Part shown: positions 35,841-49,587 of the stretch, piece after piece | How positions within the stretch are numbered: the stretch's first letter is position 1 | Layout: each line of letters opens with the position of its first letter | Source of the DNA: Vitrella brassicaformis CCMP3155 | Lineage: Eukaryota; Protista; Chromerida | Reading direction: 5' to 3' | Assembly: GCA_001179505.1 (NCBI GenBank) | Contig: CDMY01000459.1 | Span: 8,222 to 72,221, forward strand | Length of the DNA: 64,000 bases | The notes under the pieces: generated by a model | What the model saw: only the letters and a program-made list of their open reading frames with translations | Database searches by the model: none | Told to the model about the DNA's origin: nothing | Translations under genes and position numbers: made by a program

Positions 35841-38704
35841 ATGGAGGAGGCATCATCATCATCAGCAGCAGCAGTGGATGTCCTCCAAGCCGACCATTTG
35901 GAGCATTCATCAGTGTCAGATCTCCACCCTCGCCAGACGTCCGATGGCATGACGATGGTCCCGCCGTCCCCCGGGCCCTCCCCTTCTCGTTGCGCAGCTC
36001 GGATGGCCGACCGTCTGAGGCTCCCCCGTGCCGGCGGCACCCCCTCCCCTCCCCTCAACACGCGCTCGCCCTTCCACCTCAACTATCGCATCCTGGCAGA
36101 GGCCGCCTCGGCCTTCCCCTCCTGCCCGCCCCCGCCATTCCCCCCTCCAGTCACCTCCTCAAAGCAGTCTACACACGATGCGGGTCAGCAGCAGCAGCAC
36201 TGCAGCTGGGTTGATGCGGCGGCCGAGGGTGGATGCGTCGGCCAGCCTCTCTGCGGTGGTGGTGGCGCTGGAGATGGAGATGGAGATGGTGGTGCGGCGT
36301 ACGAGTATTTTGGCGGGGATGTGGGTCAGTGGGAGGGCATCATGACGGCCGCTGGCGACGGCGAGGGAGGGGGATGGGACCACGGGCAGCAGGGGCAGGG
36401 GTACGGGCCGTACGGCATATCGTATTGTGGTCATCACGGTGATGATAGCATGGGTAGCATGGGTAGTGGCGTTGTCGTGGCCGGGGAAAGTATTGCTGTT
36501 GGTGTTGGCGTTGGTGTTGACGTGGGCAACTCTTGCGAGTATGAGGAGGCCCTTTGCAATGATGATGTGCAGACTACCGCTATGGTAAGACCACTCCACT
36601 GCTTACAAGAGATGAAGAGAAGAGCAGAAGAGCCCTCTCGCGCAACACGCCATCTCATCTGTCTGCTCATTCTTTCTTTATTGTGTCGATCTGTCTGTCT
36701 GTTCAGGAGGAGGCGTCGACCGCCGAGCAGCCCTCTCGCAGTCTCTCCCAGCTCGTGACCAACATCCTCACCGCTCACGGCCAAGAGGAACATCCGCACC
36801 AACAAACACACCCACACCCACAGCAGCAGGAGCAGCAGCAGCAGCACTCCGTGTCGCACCAGCACCAGCAGCAGCACCAGCAGACGGACCCCTCCCTCCC
36901 CCTCACCTCCACCCCTCCCCCCTTCCACAAACAGACTACTCCCAGGTCGTCGCTCGGCCTCTCAGACCGATCAGACACACCTGTCGGACTGACCGGCGGC
37001 AGCAACACCACCACCACCACCACCCAGCCCAAGACCATAACCTTCAGCCCCACACCCACCCCCACCGCCACAGCAACAGCAACAGATGAAGATCGCAGCA
37101 AAGGTGGTCAGGAGGATCCGCTCCCCGCGTGCTTTGAGGAGCGGTTCGTCGAGTGGTTCGACCTGGGCCGCGTCGGTGGGTACACGATGGAGGATCTGGG
37201 CGGTGAGGAGCGGGGGTTGGTGCAGCGGGTGGTGGGGCTGGTGGAGCGGGGAAAACCCGACCTCTGTGTGACCAATGTCGAGATGCACGTCAACGCCGTG
37301 CGGGGCGAGGAGGGCGGGGGCGGGGGCGCAGATGGGGCCACTGACGTGCTGGTAAGGAAAGGAAGGATCGATGGGGTCGGTCCCGTTGTGGTCGACTCGT
37401 GACCGAATGATGCCTGTCCGTCCGTGTCTGTGTCTGTAATCAGGTGATTTTCCGTGCCGAGGGTCTCCTCTCCTCGCAGACACCGAAATGGACGCCCCCC
37501 ATACTGCAGAGTGAGTACAATCCACACCACCACACACACACACTCTCTCTCTCTATACATGTGTCCTTGGTTTTCCCCCCTCCTCATCTCTGTCCACCCC
37601 TCAATCCATCCATCAGGCGTCCACACCATCCTGACAGCGGCCGGTCTCTCGGCGCACCTCTCCCCCACCCACCTCACCGTCACCGTCGGCAGCCCCCCTT
37701 CACTGAGCATCATCCTGCGCTTCGCCCCAGCCATCCACCCCCCATGGCGCGCCGCCACCTGCACCAACACACTGCCCAACATCCAAGAGGAAGAGGCCCG
37801 CGAGGGAGGGGGAGAGAATGAGAACGGCAAGGCGGGTGCTGGGGTGGTGGGGCCAGTTGGGGCGGTGTCATCGGACCCCTCTCCATCCCCTCACCACCGT
37901 GCTGTCGAGAGCCCCCTGCTGTCGTCGGGCGACATGCCGTCCTCGCCCAAGTCCACCCCCACGCCCACCCCCACTCCATCGCACCCAGCGGCGGATGCAG
38001 AGGCGAGACAGCCGTCGCCGGAGGCCGATCGCAGGACGTCAAAGCCGGCGGCCCGTGCAGCAGCGGCAGTGCGGCCATTCAGCGAGGTGGGGCGGGCCAT
38101 GCCGGTGCCGTACACACAGCAGAAAGAGAGAGAGAGGGAGAAGGAGAAGAGCTGGCACGATCATCAGCAGGAGCAGACAAGGGGCGGCGGTGTGGATGCG
38201 GGTGTGGGTGTGGGTGTGGGTGGCCACGTCTACACCCCCCAGACCCACTCCCACTCTCAGATAGAGACTCATTCCCAGCCACAGTCCTCCCTCTTCCAGC
38301 CGCAGCCGGCCCGTGTGTACACGCCGCAGCATTTGTATCAGCAGCAGTACCCCCTCTTCGTCCAGAGGGCCGCCCCCGAGCGCCACGCATTCTACCCCTC
38401 ACGCCACCCGCCACACCCCCCTCCCCCGTACGAGGACAACAACCACCCCCAGCAGCAGCAGCAGGAGACACACAAGACGTCCCCCACCCCAACCCGCACC
38501 ACAACACACAAGAGCGCGGCGCGTGTGTTCGTGCCATCGTCGGGTTTTTCCCACGGCAACAACCACCACCACCAGCAGCGGCAGCAGCAGCAGCAGCAGC
38601 AGCAGAGGGGCGCGGGCGGCGCTCGTACGTACTATCAGCCGGCACAGTGTTATGTGCCGGTGGGCAGCAGGGTTAAGGGGGATAGGGGGGGCGGGGGCAA
38701 GTGA
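35841..38704 (+). CDS. Low-complexity (Pro/Gln/Gly/His-rich) protein with a small central globular segment
   Basis: Four long GC3-rich exons with GT-AG junctions (e.g. 37354, 37510). Central segment PACFEERFVEWFDLG...VIFRAEG...LSIILRF. Confidence 0.7.
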
Positions 38705-39855
38705 CACATACACACACTCAGAGACAGACAGACAGACAGACTGATGTGGTTAGGTATTAAGGAAAGGCGCCGAGGGAGGGAGGGAGGGAGGGAGGGAGGA
38801 GGAAGAGAGAGAGAGGGGGTAGCTCAACAAGGGCGGCTGATTGATCTTCTCTGGCGAGGATCTGTCTTACCGTGTTGATGTGATGGCCGGCCCGCCACGA
38901 GCCGCCCACCTTCCTATGTATGGTAGGTAGGCATTATTCTCACATACGATGCATGCCATGAAGCGAAGCACCAAAGGTGACCGACATTTTCGGCTGATTG
39001 ACCTGACCGATACGCTTGCAGTCCGCGTACTCTCTGCCTCTCTGCCTCTCTCTCAGAAAGAAGAATAAGATAGTGTTTTGCCCCAGCCAGCCAGACAGAC
39101 AGCCAGCCAGCCCCCTGTCTGTATGTCTGTCTGTCTGTCTCTGAGTGGGCATCAGCAATAACGCAGCGGCTGACATGTGTGTTTGGATCGATGGATGGAT
39201 GGATGGATAGGCTAGACGGAGACCAAGGCATGGCATGGCATGGCATGGACTCGCAACCCCGACAGCAACACAACATACATACGTCAAGTCACTCGCAACA
39301 CCAATGCCTGCCTGCCATGTAATTGATGTGCACTGATCGGTCTCTCTCAAGTCAAGTCGTCGTCACATGTGTGTATGTTTCTGTTCGGTGTCCCTTGTCG
39401 CAGTGGTGTGTCCCCCAGCGCTGGCAGTGCGGTGCACCCTCCCTGTGCCAACAGGCAGGAAACAGACCAATGCCACCGCAGAGGAACACCACCTCCTGCG
39501 AATATTCAACACCGGCAACGATTGGATGCAGTCTCAACACGCACCCAGCCACCATACCATCCGTCTGGCCAACACTGCCCAGCCACGAACAAACACGTTA
39601 GCCGTCTGTCTGTCTGTCTGCCTGTCATTCCAATGCGCCGCTCGGACAGCGGGACGATCATGCGGCGAGAGAGTCGCCACATGACCCCACCACTACACTC
39701 GCGGCTCAATGAAACACCAGACAGACAGACAGCAGGCCGCCCAAAGAGAGACAAGGAAAGAAAGAACCTCACTCACTGCACAATCTAACGATCAGTAGCA
39801 GCAGCACCAGCACCAGGGGCACGGAAAGCACCGCTCGCTCACACCATCCATCCAT

Positions 39856-40254
39856 CTACGCGTCAGTCCTCCTCCTCTTGCCCTGCGGGCTCTCGACTGC
39901 CGCAGAAGACGACGCACCGCTGCTGTTGCTGCCGCTGCTGCTACTGCTGGTAGACGAGCCATCGCCTGAAGGTCCGCTCTGATCATCGGCAGCAGCAGCA
40001 GCAGGAGGGGTGGCGGTGAGGAGGGGTGGGAGGGGCTGGTGGTGTGGCGGGGCCGCCGCTGCCGTGCTGATCTTGCGGCACTCGAAGGAGCCAGTGTGGT
40101 CGTTGGAGAAGAGGATGTTGCCGTCTCGCTCCTGGATCCATGTGCCCTTCATGAAGAGGCCCGACGGGGCCACCACCGCCGAGCAGATGTTGGTCCACTC
40201 GTCGTCGTCGTTCCTGTCCCGCCCTCGCTGATGAGTCACGAAACTGTTGCCATG

Positions 40255-40292
<38 letters not shown>

Positions 40293-40933
40293 AGAGAGAG
40301 AATAAGTGGCCCGTCAGCCTCAGGCGGTGGAGGAGTGTCGGCGTGAGTGAGTCGGCTGACTGACCAGTTTGCCAGTGATCTCGAAGATCCATGGTTCGGT
40401 CGCCGTGCCGGTCACCCACTTGCCGTGTTGGCTGAGCCGCATGTCGTACTCGTAAGCCCCCGAAGAGTCGTAGCAGCCCTTCACGCGCCAGTACCCTGCA
40501 CACACAACACACACACACACGCACACACACACACACCTCTGTGCAGGTGACATCTGCCGATCATTTGCCGCAAGCACCTGTAAGGCTGAGTGTGCAGATC
40601 TCCCTGACAAGGGAGCGATAGCACGGCGGCGCCGCGGGCTCGCTGTCCGGGTCACAGTAGTGACACAGCCGCCTGAAATGATCACACACACACACACACA
40701 CACATCCTCAAACTCATTGCGGCCGTCCTTCTGGCGTACGCACGGTGGCGCACCCACCTGTGGATGGGCTTCCAGACTTTGGTGTCGGCTGCTGGTGAGG
40801 TGACGGCATCCCTCAGCCTCCTGCAGGTCCTTGCGGCCCGCCCGAGAGCCCTCACATCCAGGTATTCGAGCAGGATCAGCAGTAGGTCGTCCTCCAACTC
40901 AATCTCGAGAGCAGACTGCTCCGCCATCATCAC
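39856..40933 (-). CDS. F-box protein with a C-terminal all-beta domain
   Basis: LEDDLLLILLEYLDVRALGRAARTCRRLR (F-box). In-frame exons RLCHYCD...LTG|YWRVKG...EITGKL|HGNSF...KGTW...GSFEC. Confidence 0.8.
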
Positions 40934-41135
40934 CGTTCATCACCCAAGGCTTTTTGGATCCGAAGAAGCGAGCTTTTCTTTGTGCTGCGAGCTTTGTGTT
41001 GGAGAAGGCACCCGTCACTTTGAGGGAGTTTTGAGCTCACGTACGAACAGCCGGAGGCACCGCCGTCGAGTTTTTGTGTGTTTTGAGGACAGATCGGGAT
41101 TGGTGCACCTCACTAGGCGTGTTGCGGTTGTGAGG

Positions 41136-41378
41136 ATGATGCTGCAAGTGGCGTCAGTCATGTCGGGTGAGAGCGGTGGCCTGGTGTCCCGGATGGACAG
41201 CGACTCCCTCCTCGTCGACCTGTAAGCACCACCACAAACCAACCAACGCCGACAGAGCAGACAGACAGACAGACACATAGACAGACAGACAGGAGGGAGG
41301 AGAGAGGAAGGCCAGATCTGCAGCAGCAGCAGACAAGGGCAGATTGATGTGCCTGCATGTCGATGTCATATTGTTTGA

Positions 41379-41414
<36 letters not shown>

Positions 41415-42850
41415 TGCGCGACCCATCAGCGACTACACGACGACTCGCGAGCGTCAGGAGCAGAGCGACGCCTCTCTGGCCAAGAAGTGGGAGTCCGAGG
41501 GCGACCTCCTACAGGCCGCCCTCACCACCGACCCCAACACCAACAAGAAGAGATGGCGCTGGCGGGGCGCACACAAGAAGCCCACCAAGCCGCAGGCCAC
41601 CCTCAACGGCCTGCCCCTGCCCGTGCCGCCCGACGGCCTGGCCACACAGGTCGAGGACGTCCCCGAGAACGAGCTCGAGATGGTCCTCTCCAAACTCAGC
41701 TTCCAGACGGGCCAGCCATACATCGAAGGGCAGGGCTACCACGGCGGCAAGACCGCCCCGTCCACACACACAGGAGGGGGCAAGGTGGGCAAGGTGGGTG
41801 AGGATCTGGCGGCCAAGGTGCTGAAGAAGCCTCGCCGAAAACAGGCGAAGCGCAAGACCTTCTCGTCGCTGCTTGGGAGCCTCCTGGACTGCCTGCCCTG
41901 CCACGCACTCACAGCGCGGCTCGGCCTGGATCACGACGACGTCGATGACGGTGCGAGGGAGGCGCCGTTCAAGCCGGCGGCGTACAGTGCTGCGAGTTTG
42001 CTGCGGCTGCTGAGCCAGGCCGAGCAGCATGCCGATGACTTGGTGCAGGGGGCGGTGGCCAAGAAGCAGGCCATGCAGAAGAGACTCAAGGAGGAGGTCG
42101 ACCAGGAAGTGGCGGCATACAGGTGTGTGGCAAAGAGGGAGAGAGGGAGGGAGGGAGAGGTTTCCAGCTGTGGATGTCTGTCTGTCTGTCTGTGTGTTCG
42201 TCTGTGTGTGTGCAGGGGTGCTCTCGAGAAGGAGTATCAGCAGGCCCTCCAGGCGGTGAGTGAGTCGCTCGTAGAGAGAGGCCAGACACAGGAGTCGCTG
42301 CATTTCTCCCCTCGTATCTATCTATTATGTGTGTCTTCCCGCCATTTAGGCGCAGCAGGACAGGAACGGCAGCCAATCTGAGAGCGAAGATGCATCCACA
42401 CAACCGCCAAGTGAGCACCCAACCGACCAGGCCGGCGACAGAAGCCAAAACACACGTGTGTGTGTGTGCTGTGCCTGTGTGTGTGATGGCTGGTAGGTAC
42501 TGGATCGGTGTCTCGTGCGTCGACCAACGAGGAAGCTGCTGCCGACCATGTCGACACCAAATGCATCACCGACGCCGTCGCCATGGCCATCCGTAAGACA
42601 CGCACACACACACACACACACGTGCACGTGTGATCTCTTCATCATTCATCGCGACTCCCCTCTCCCTCTCCCTCCCCCTCTCCCTCTGTGTGTGTCAGAT
42701 CATGTGACGAATGTGCCGTGTGAGGTAGACGCGACCACTCGGCAGTACCTGCGGCTGCCCAAGGGCATGATCACCACTGGCGGCCCTCTCAAGCACAAGG
42801 ACACACACATACAGACCGACCCGCCACACACGCGCAGGGGGTGGCTCTGA
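41136..42850 (+). CDS. Protein with a long unique N-terminus and a C-terminal V-ATPase subunit G-like region
   Basis: SLLRLLSQAEQHADDLVQGAVAKKQAMQKRLKEEVDQEVAAYR|GALEKEY and AVAMAI|HHVTNV resemble the subunit-G N- and C-terminal helices; exons join in frame. Confidence 0.6.
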
Positions 42851-44215
42851 AGCCAATCTGGTGTGGCACCCACCACTCATAGAACGGGGTGGTGGGAGTG
42901 GGGCGGGGCGGCGTGTTGTGTTTCCTTGGCCGTGATCTGTCTGTCTGCCTGTCTGTCTGTGTGTCTGTGTTGTGTTTGGGCTGGTTGGGCCGCCTCGCTC
43001 ACCTTTTTGGAGCGGGGCGGGGGCGCTGAACGGCACGCCCGATGGATGGTTTTTGCGGGCGGGCTGGCGGGCGAGCGGGCGGGCTGCGCACGTGGGCGGC
43101 CGAGTGCTGCCTGCCTGTCTGTCTGTCTGTGTGACATAAATCCTGCCTGGCATCCTTGCTTACTGCTTACTTGTCGTCAGTGTGTGCATGTGCATACAAA
43201 ACTCTACACACACGAGGAGAGGAGAGGGGGCAACCTTGACACAGGCAGCGACACGGGCATGGAGCGGGTCTCTCTCTTCCTCTCCCGTCGACTGACATTT
43301 TTGCCGCTCGACGCGGTGCGTGCGGCTGATGGGATGGATGGATGACACTGAGACAGATAGAACGAAAAGGAGAATTTTGATTCAGAGTGTCTGCTGCGAG
43401 TTAGTCTGTCTGTCTGAGTGTCCGAGTGTCTTTATGTGTGTCGTGTCAGTCAGTCAGTCAGTCAGTCGGGGGCAATTCGTTCGTTGGTTCGTGGCGTCTT
43501 TGGTAATAATTGGTCCATACCACACCGTACATGTAGCTCGTCTGTCTCGGATGAGCTGTGTGGCTAACGCTGCAGTCAGTCATCGCATTCATTGCATAGC
43601 ATAAGGAGGTGGGGAGGATAGTGTGTGCATTTGTGTGGGCAAGGAAGGACTGTGTGGGCGGTTCGGATCGTGTGTCGCGTGCAGGTGTGTGTGTGGGGGT
43701 GTGGGCGCATCCGTGAGGATGGCGTAATGTGTAAGGAAGGCTTTATCGGAACACAATGAGCATGCCATTCCCTGTCCACTGTCGCCCTTCCTGCCTGCCT
43801 GTCTGCCTGCCTTTATCCAGCCATCGTCCTCTCTCTCTCTCTCTCGCTCCCATCACACACACACACAGAGACACCATGGATGTACCTGCCAAGCGGCAGA
43901 CAACTGTTTTCTGGTTGAGTGATCGATCCATGATGCATACCTACGGGAATCCCGTGCTGTGTCTGCTGAAGCGACCTCTGACTCTTCCATTCTTCCACTC
44001 ATTCCTGTGCAATGATGGCCTCGGTGAATCCGGCGTGCTGTTGCGACTCCTCCGCAATGACGCGGATCGATTTGCAATTGCCCGACGGGTTGACTGACTC
44101 ATCATGGCACGGAAAGAGAGACCCGCTGCTGATCATTCAGGGAAGCCCGAAGGGACGGACTACCTGTCTGTCTGAGTGTGAAGAATTGATGCGTGTGTCC
44201 TGTTGTGTCGTGTCG

Positions 44216-44247
<32 letters not shown>

Positions 44248-44716
44248 ACTCTGACTCTGATGCGCGTGACTGGTGACTGACTCTCTCTCTTGCCCAGTCG
44301 AATTCAGGATGGATGGATGGATGGATGGATGGATGGAGTGCGTGTGCGCTTCTCTCATCGTCGTCGTCACGCCATTCATCCCATTGATTCGCTCACTCAA
44401 CAGGGTGCAAGCACTGCACCATGACATCACACCCACAGCCACTCGCTGCCCCAGCCAAATGGCATGGGTTCAACCCCAGCCTCTCCAACCCGCGATCCAC
44501 TGCCACGGAGTTCGGGAAAACGGGAAAAGGGAAAAGCGGATGAGAGGAAAAGGAATAGGATGCTTGTGGAGAGAGAGAGTGACCCCCGTATTCTCCCGCT
44601 CTCTTCGATCTTTCCGTCGCCTTCCCGCCATTTTTCGGCAACTCCCTCCTGGTGAGTGAGTGACTCCTTCGCTTCCTTCGGCCTGCCTTACTGCTGACTG
44701 AAAGCGCTGCATCAGA

Positions 44717-47390
44717 ATGGTGGTCATCAGGCGTCCTCCCGTCACCCTGCTCTTCTTCATCGCAGCTGCCGGCCTCAGTATCGCAGTTGACCAAACCGTG
44801 GACTACATCAACACACTCTCAGCTAGCAGTAGCAGTAGCAGCAGCATCGTCAGCCATGCCGCTTCGATGCCTGCCTTCCCCCTGCAGCACTCCGTGCCCA
44901 TCCAGGCGGCATGGTTCTCGTGCAGAGAGCCCCGGATCTCTGGCGAGAAGAGGGCTAACACCACTGCCGCTGACGGGGAGCGGCGTTCTGCGCAGCGCAA
45001 CAAGAGCGGAAAGAAGAAGAACACTAAGGGGCAGCAACAGCAGCAGCAAGGGCCACGTGCTGCAGAAGCGGACGCCACTGCTGTGGCTGCACGTGACTTT
45101 GCCCGGGCGCTGTCCTACATGGGCAGCTCCGTTGCCGACCACACATGGGAGGTTATCGAGGTAGGTACACAGACAGGTATGGATGGAGGGATGGATGGAT
45201 GGATGGATGGAGGCGATCGTCGTCTTTCCAGCCAGAGATAGTGATTGGTCTGCACGTCATGTGTGTGTCTGTGTGTGTGTCTGTCAGGAGTTTGGGACGC
45301 GGATGCTGCTGCTCCTGTTGGCCCTTGGGGTGATCGGGACAATGGCCTTTCCGGCCGTGGCGTGGGTGGCAGATGGTTTGAGAAACAAGTGAGCGAACCA
45401 TACGCACACACGCAATTGTGGACTAGGCAGCGATATAGTGATGCGAGCGACTGCCCATGTGTGTGTGTGTGTGTGTATGTGTTTGTGCGCGTGTGTGTGT
45501 GTGTGTGAGTGCAGCCCCGAGCAGGTGACTTTTGATAATTTCTGCGCAGCCGTCTACGACATCTGGTACGACTTCGTCTGTGTCAAGCCCTACCGCATCG
45601 CCAGACGGCTCCTACTCGCTGTCCTTCACATCTTCCTGGCACTCGTCGAGGGCGCCGCGTGGCTAATCGGCTTCGTGTGCAAGCCCGTCCACACGTGGGT
45701 GTCGGCCAAGCGGGCCGAGATGATTGAGAACGACCTCATCAACGAGCAGCGGCAGGAAGCCGCCGGCATCGTGGGAAGGGAGCTGTCGTCGAAGGACAAG
45801 TACGTGAAGCGCCGACGAGAGCAGAAGAAACGACGCAGACAGCGAAAGCATCTGGAGAAGCTGGCGGCCGTCCAATCGGCGCCACCCAAGCGATCGCCGG
45901 CGCCTTACGTGCCGATCACGCCCGACGACCACGTCATGACTGACGATGGGGCGGTGGTGGTGCTACGTCAGGACCACATCGACCACGAGCACATTGACGA
46001 CGGCGAGTGGAGCCGAGTGGGGGCCAAGGGCAAGAAGGTCAAGCAGCAGCCGGCCCTCAGCAATGCTGCCACGACACCTGAGTCAGACCTGCCCAGCCAC
46101 GGCGAGCCTGGTCATAGGGAACAAGGCGGCATGACGGTGGCGGCCGAGAAGCCGCACCTTGTCAAGGGAGCGGCGCATGAGCCCTCTAGCGACCGTCCTA
46201 TCATCCCCTACCCCACCCCCACCCTGCCCCCCGCACCACCTGCGCCACCAGTACAACCACCAGTCGCCCCGGCCCCCGTGGAGCCTCCCGTCACGTGGAC
46301 GCCGCCGGCCGACATGCCCCCTGTCCCCATGCCACCCAAGGCCCCCAAGGAGCCTGTCGCGCCGGTTCCAGTGACCAGGAAGAAGGCACCCAAGGCACAG
46401 CCGCAGCCACCGCAGAAGCAGCGGGGCAATTTGCAGCAGGGCGCGTTTCGCGACACCCCACCGGCACCACCCGTGCCGCCGCAGCCGCAGCCGCAGCCAC
46501 AGCCACAGCCACAGCCGCAGCCGCAGCCCGCGTCGCAGCGTTCGGGTATGGGCATGGGCGGGGGGCATGTCGACGAGGGGCAAAAGCAGAGCGGGCCCAA
46601 ACCAGCAGCAGCAGCAGCAGCAGCGGAGGGAGAGGGCGACATCGACGAGTTTGCCGAGTTGGAGGAGGCATGGAGGAGCGGTGCTGGCGGTGGCGGTAAG
46701 CTGCCATCGAGTACACCGAAGCCGCAGAGACCCAGGGGTGAGCGTACGCCCAACAAGCCACAGACCTCTTCACTGGCGGCCAAGGAGTCTCCCAAACAGC
46801 ACAGCACGGCCAAGAAAGGCTGGCGGCCCGCACTGCGTCCAGCTCAGCAGAAAGGTGGTAGTGGCGCATCCGGTCACGTCACGGGCAGCCCCTCTTCGTC
46901 GGCTGTGGGGTCGGTGTCCCATGTGGCTGGTGAGGGGGCCGCCAGTGTGCAAGGGGAGGGGGCGGGTGTGGGTGGGGGGAGTGGGGCGGCTAGTTTGACG
47001 ACGACGACCACGAACCACGAGAATGCTGCAGAGGGTGAGAGGGGCACACGGGATGGATGGATGGATGGGCTCCCCCACTGTGTTTGCGTCTTGTGTCAGG
47101 TGAGGTGTTCTCATGGCAGTGCAAGGTGTGTTACTCCAAGCAGGCGACGTGCCTGTTTATTCCCTGCAAGCATCAGCTGGCATGCGACGACTGTGCCAGG
47201 GTCAGCGACCGCACCGTACCGCACCAACGCCCTACCCCCCTCTCTCTGATGTGTGTGTGTCTCTCTCTCTGTGTGTGTGTGTGTGTGTGTGTGAGGGTCT
47301 TTTCAGGACCTGGAGGCGAACTGCAGCCCGTGTCCTTATTGCCGCGAGCCTATAGCGCAGTTCATATACGGTATCATCATTCCTGGCTAG
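44717..47390 (+). CDS. Membrane-anchored RING-HC E3 ubiquitin ligase-like protein
   Basis: Signal peptide, two hydrophobic segments, Pro-rich tract, C-terminal CKVC...PCKHQLACDDCAR|...CPYCREPI; TAG at 47388-47390. Confidence 0.85.
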
Positions 47391-47396
47391 ATCACA

Positions 47397-47696
47397 NNNN
47401 NNNNNNNNNNNNNNNNNNNNNNNNNNNNNNNNNNNNNNNNNNNNNNNNNNNNNNNNNNNNNNNNNNNNNNNNNNNNNNNNNNNNNNNNNNNNNNNNNNNN
47501 NNNNNNNNNNNNNNNNNNNNNNNNNNNNNNNNNNNNNNNNNNNNNNNNNNNNNNNNNNNNNNNNNNNNNNNNNNNNNNNNNNNNNNNNNNNNNNNNNNNN
47601 NNNNNNNNNNNNNNNNNNNNNNNNNNNNNNNNNNNNNNNNNNNNNNNNNNNNNNNNNNNNNNNNNNNNNNNNNNNNNNNNNNNNNNNNNNNNNNNN
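47397..47696. other. Assembly gap (300 N)
   Basis: Run of N. Confidence 1.
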
Positions 47697-48297
47697 GTGT
47701 CGATATGTGTGTGTCCATCTGTGCGTGTCCATGAGCAATTCAGAAGAAGCCTTTTTGCGTCTGTACAGCTGCTGGCCAGACAGTGGCTCTGACTGCCTAG
47801 GTCCTGACGTACTTGATGTCTGTGTATGCGGTAGTCGGCCTGTGTGGGGGGAGCCGGCCTGCCTGCCTGAGCGTTGCAGTGAGGTTCCCAATACGAGTGA
47901 CGGCGACGTGCTGCTCTGTCGTTGCGTACTGTATTGGGAGATTCCTTCGTGGTTGCTGAGCAGTGTCATCTTGTCATCAACCAGCGGACGGAGAGCGCTT
48001 TTCCGGCACGTTGATTAGCATGTGTGAGATGCGGTTACCGTCGGCTGAGTGATGACAGCACGACACGACACAGACATTCGGCGAGAGAAAGACACGATCC
48101 ATATTACGACTCGATGTCTGTCGACCACACTCTTTTTGGTGTGTTTGATGAATGACATGACATAGTGGGAGTGTCGATGCATCAAACATTGCGTCACGGG
48201 CCCACGGACACCGACATGGACTCAACACGGTCTCCTACCGAAGTTCATCCATCAAATCATTCAACCCAGCCCAAGCTGCCATCTATCGGCTAGCTCC

Positions 48298-49103
48298 TCA
48301 ACAGGAGCCGCTGGCACCGCTCATCGACCCCCGCCCGCTGCTGTCCACTACCCCCGCCCCGACCCCTCCAGCCATCAACCGCCTCTCCACGTCAGACATG
48401 CCCTCCTGCTGCAGCTCACGCACCTCCAGCAACGCATGAGCGCTCGCCAAGCTGCTCCGCATGACGGCCGTCGTGCGGTCCGCCTGCTGCAGCACAGAGG
48501 GCACCAACGCCGCCAGGGAGTCTATCAGATCCGGGGCGGGGAGGGAGGCTGGTGGCTGCGTGTTGTTGAGGGAAGGGGAGGCCGCTGCGGCATCGCTTTG
48601 CTGCCCCTGCCCCTCCTTCATGGCCTCCATTGCAGTGTGCACGTCGTGGCTGATGCGGCGCATGGCGTCGTGCTGCAGCGACGAGAAATGGCCCTGCAGC
48701 TGAGATACCTGCAGAACACACACACGCACACGCTTTTTATCCATCCATCCATCAGTCCGTCCATCCATCCATCCGTCCATCCTGGCTGGATGGCTGGCTG
48801 GCTTGCCTGGTGCATCAACTCGTCCCGTGCTTTCTCCTTCTCCCGCACCCGCCCCTCCCCACCGCCATCACCATCACCATCGTGCCCTGCCTTGGCCCCC
48901 TCAGACGGACTGCTGCTCTGTTTTGCCGCCATGAGGGCCTCCATGTGCGGCTGCAGATGGGTGTGGAGGTCGGCGAGGAGAGTCCCGGCCGCTGCGATGT
49001 TGTCCGGGTGTTTGAGGCTCTTGGGGATCAGATCTGCGGCAGATTTCTGCAGCTCGTCTTGGAAGCACTGAAGACAGCCGACAAGAACAGTGTTCGACGC
49101 CAT
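48298..49103 (-). CDS. Hypothetical helical protein (2 exons)
   Basis: MASNTVLVG...ELMHQ and VSQLQGHF...SGSC* are separated by a microsatellite intron; codon usage is GC3-rich. Confidence 0.5.
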
Positions 49104-49587
49104 TTGTGCTCCAGATCTTGCAAGCTCTGTGGTCAAAATAATGGACCCCTCCTCGGCGGCTCTAAGCTCGCAAACCCTAGACCCCAACCCTAATATTCTG
49201 GGGGAAATAATGGGACACTTTTCCCATTATTCACCATCTTGCGAACAGCCCCGTCGTATGGTGGACTTGAGCTCATCAAGGGACCAACAAAAGTGCCGCA
49301 ACTGCCCAGGGCGACGACAGGCGGTCGGCGCGGAGTCGTGGCAAGCGGAGCGCGCAGATTCGACGAGGTTTGCGGGGCCGCCCACAGGACGGGGCCGCGA
49401 GCGAGGATGGGGTGCGTGACGACAAAGGAGCCTCAAGAGGAGCCTGGCGAGCAGCCCAGGACGTCCGGGCCCCCCCGCGTCACACAAATCACCACCAAGC
49501 AAGGTGAGGAGGGAAGGGGCCCGTACAGAGGCAGAAATGATGCCGCATGCGAACTGAGGGTTGTGTGCGCGTGGCACTGGTGTGAGC

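Noticed and set aside
42860-44700. Several ORFs of 60-160 aa between the V-ATPase-G-like and RING genes
   Set aside because: Dominated by microsatellite translations (VCVC, MDGW, SLSL) with no coherent exon chain; treated as intergenic.
47697-48250. ORFs flanking the third gap
   Set aside because: No motifs, and the frame cannot be linked to neighbouring genes.
49172-49193. Telo-box-like AAACCCTA / AACCCTAA next to the motif (also TTAGGG at ~24327)
   Set aside because: Only two loci and short; not enough to claim an element.
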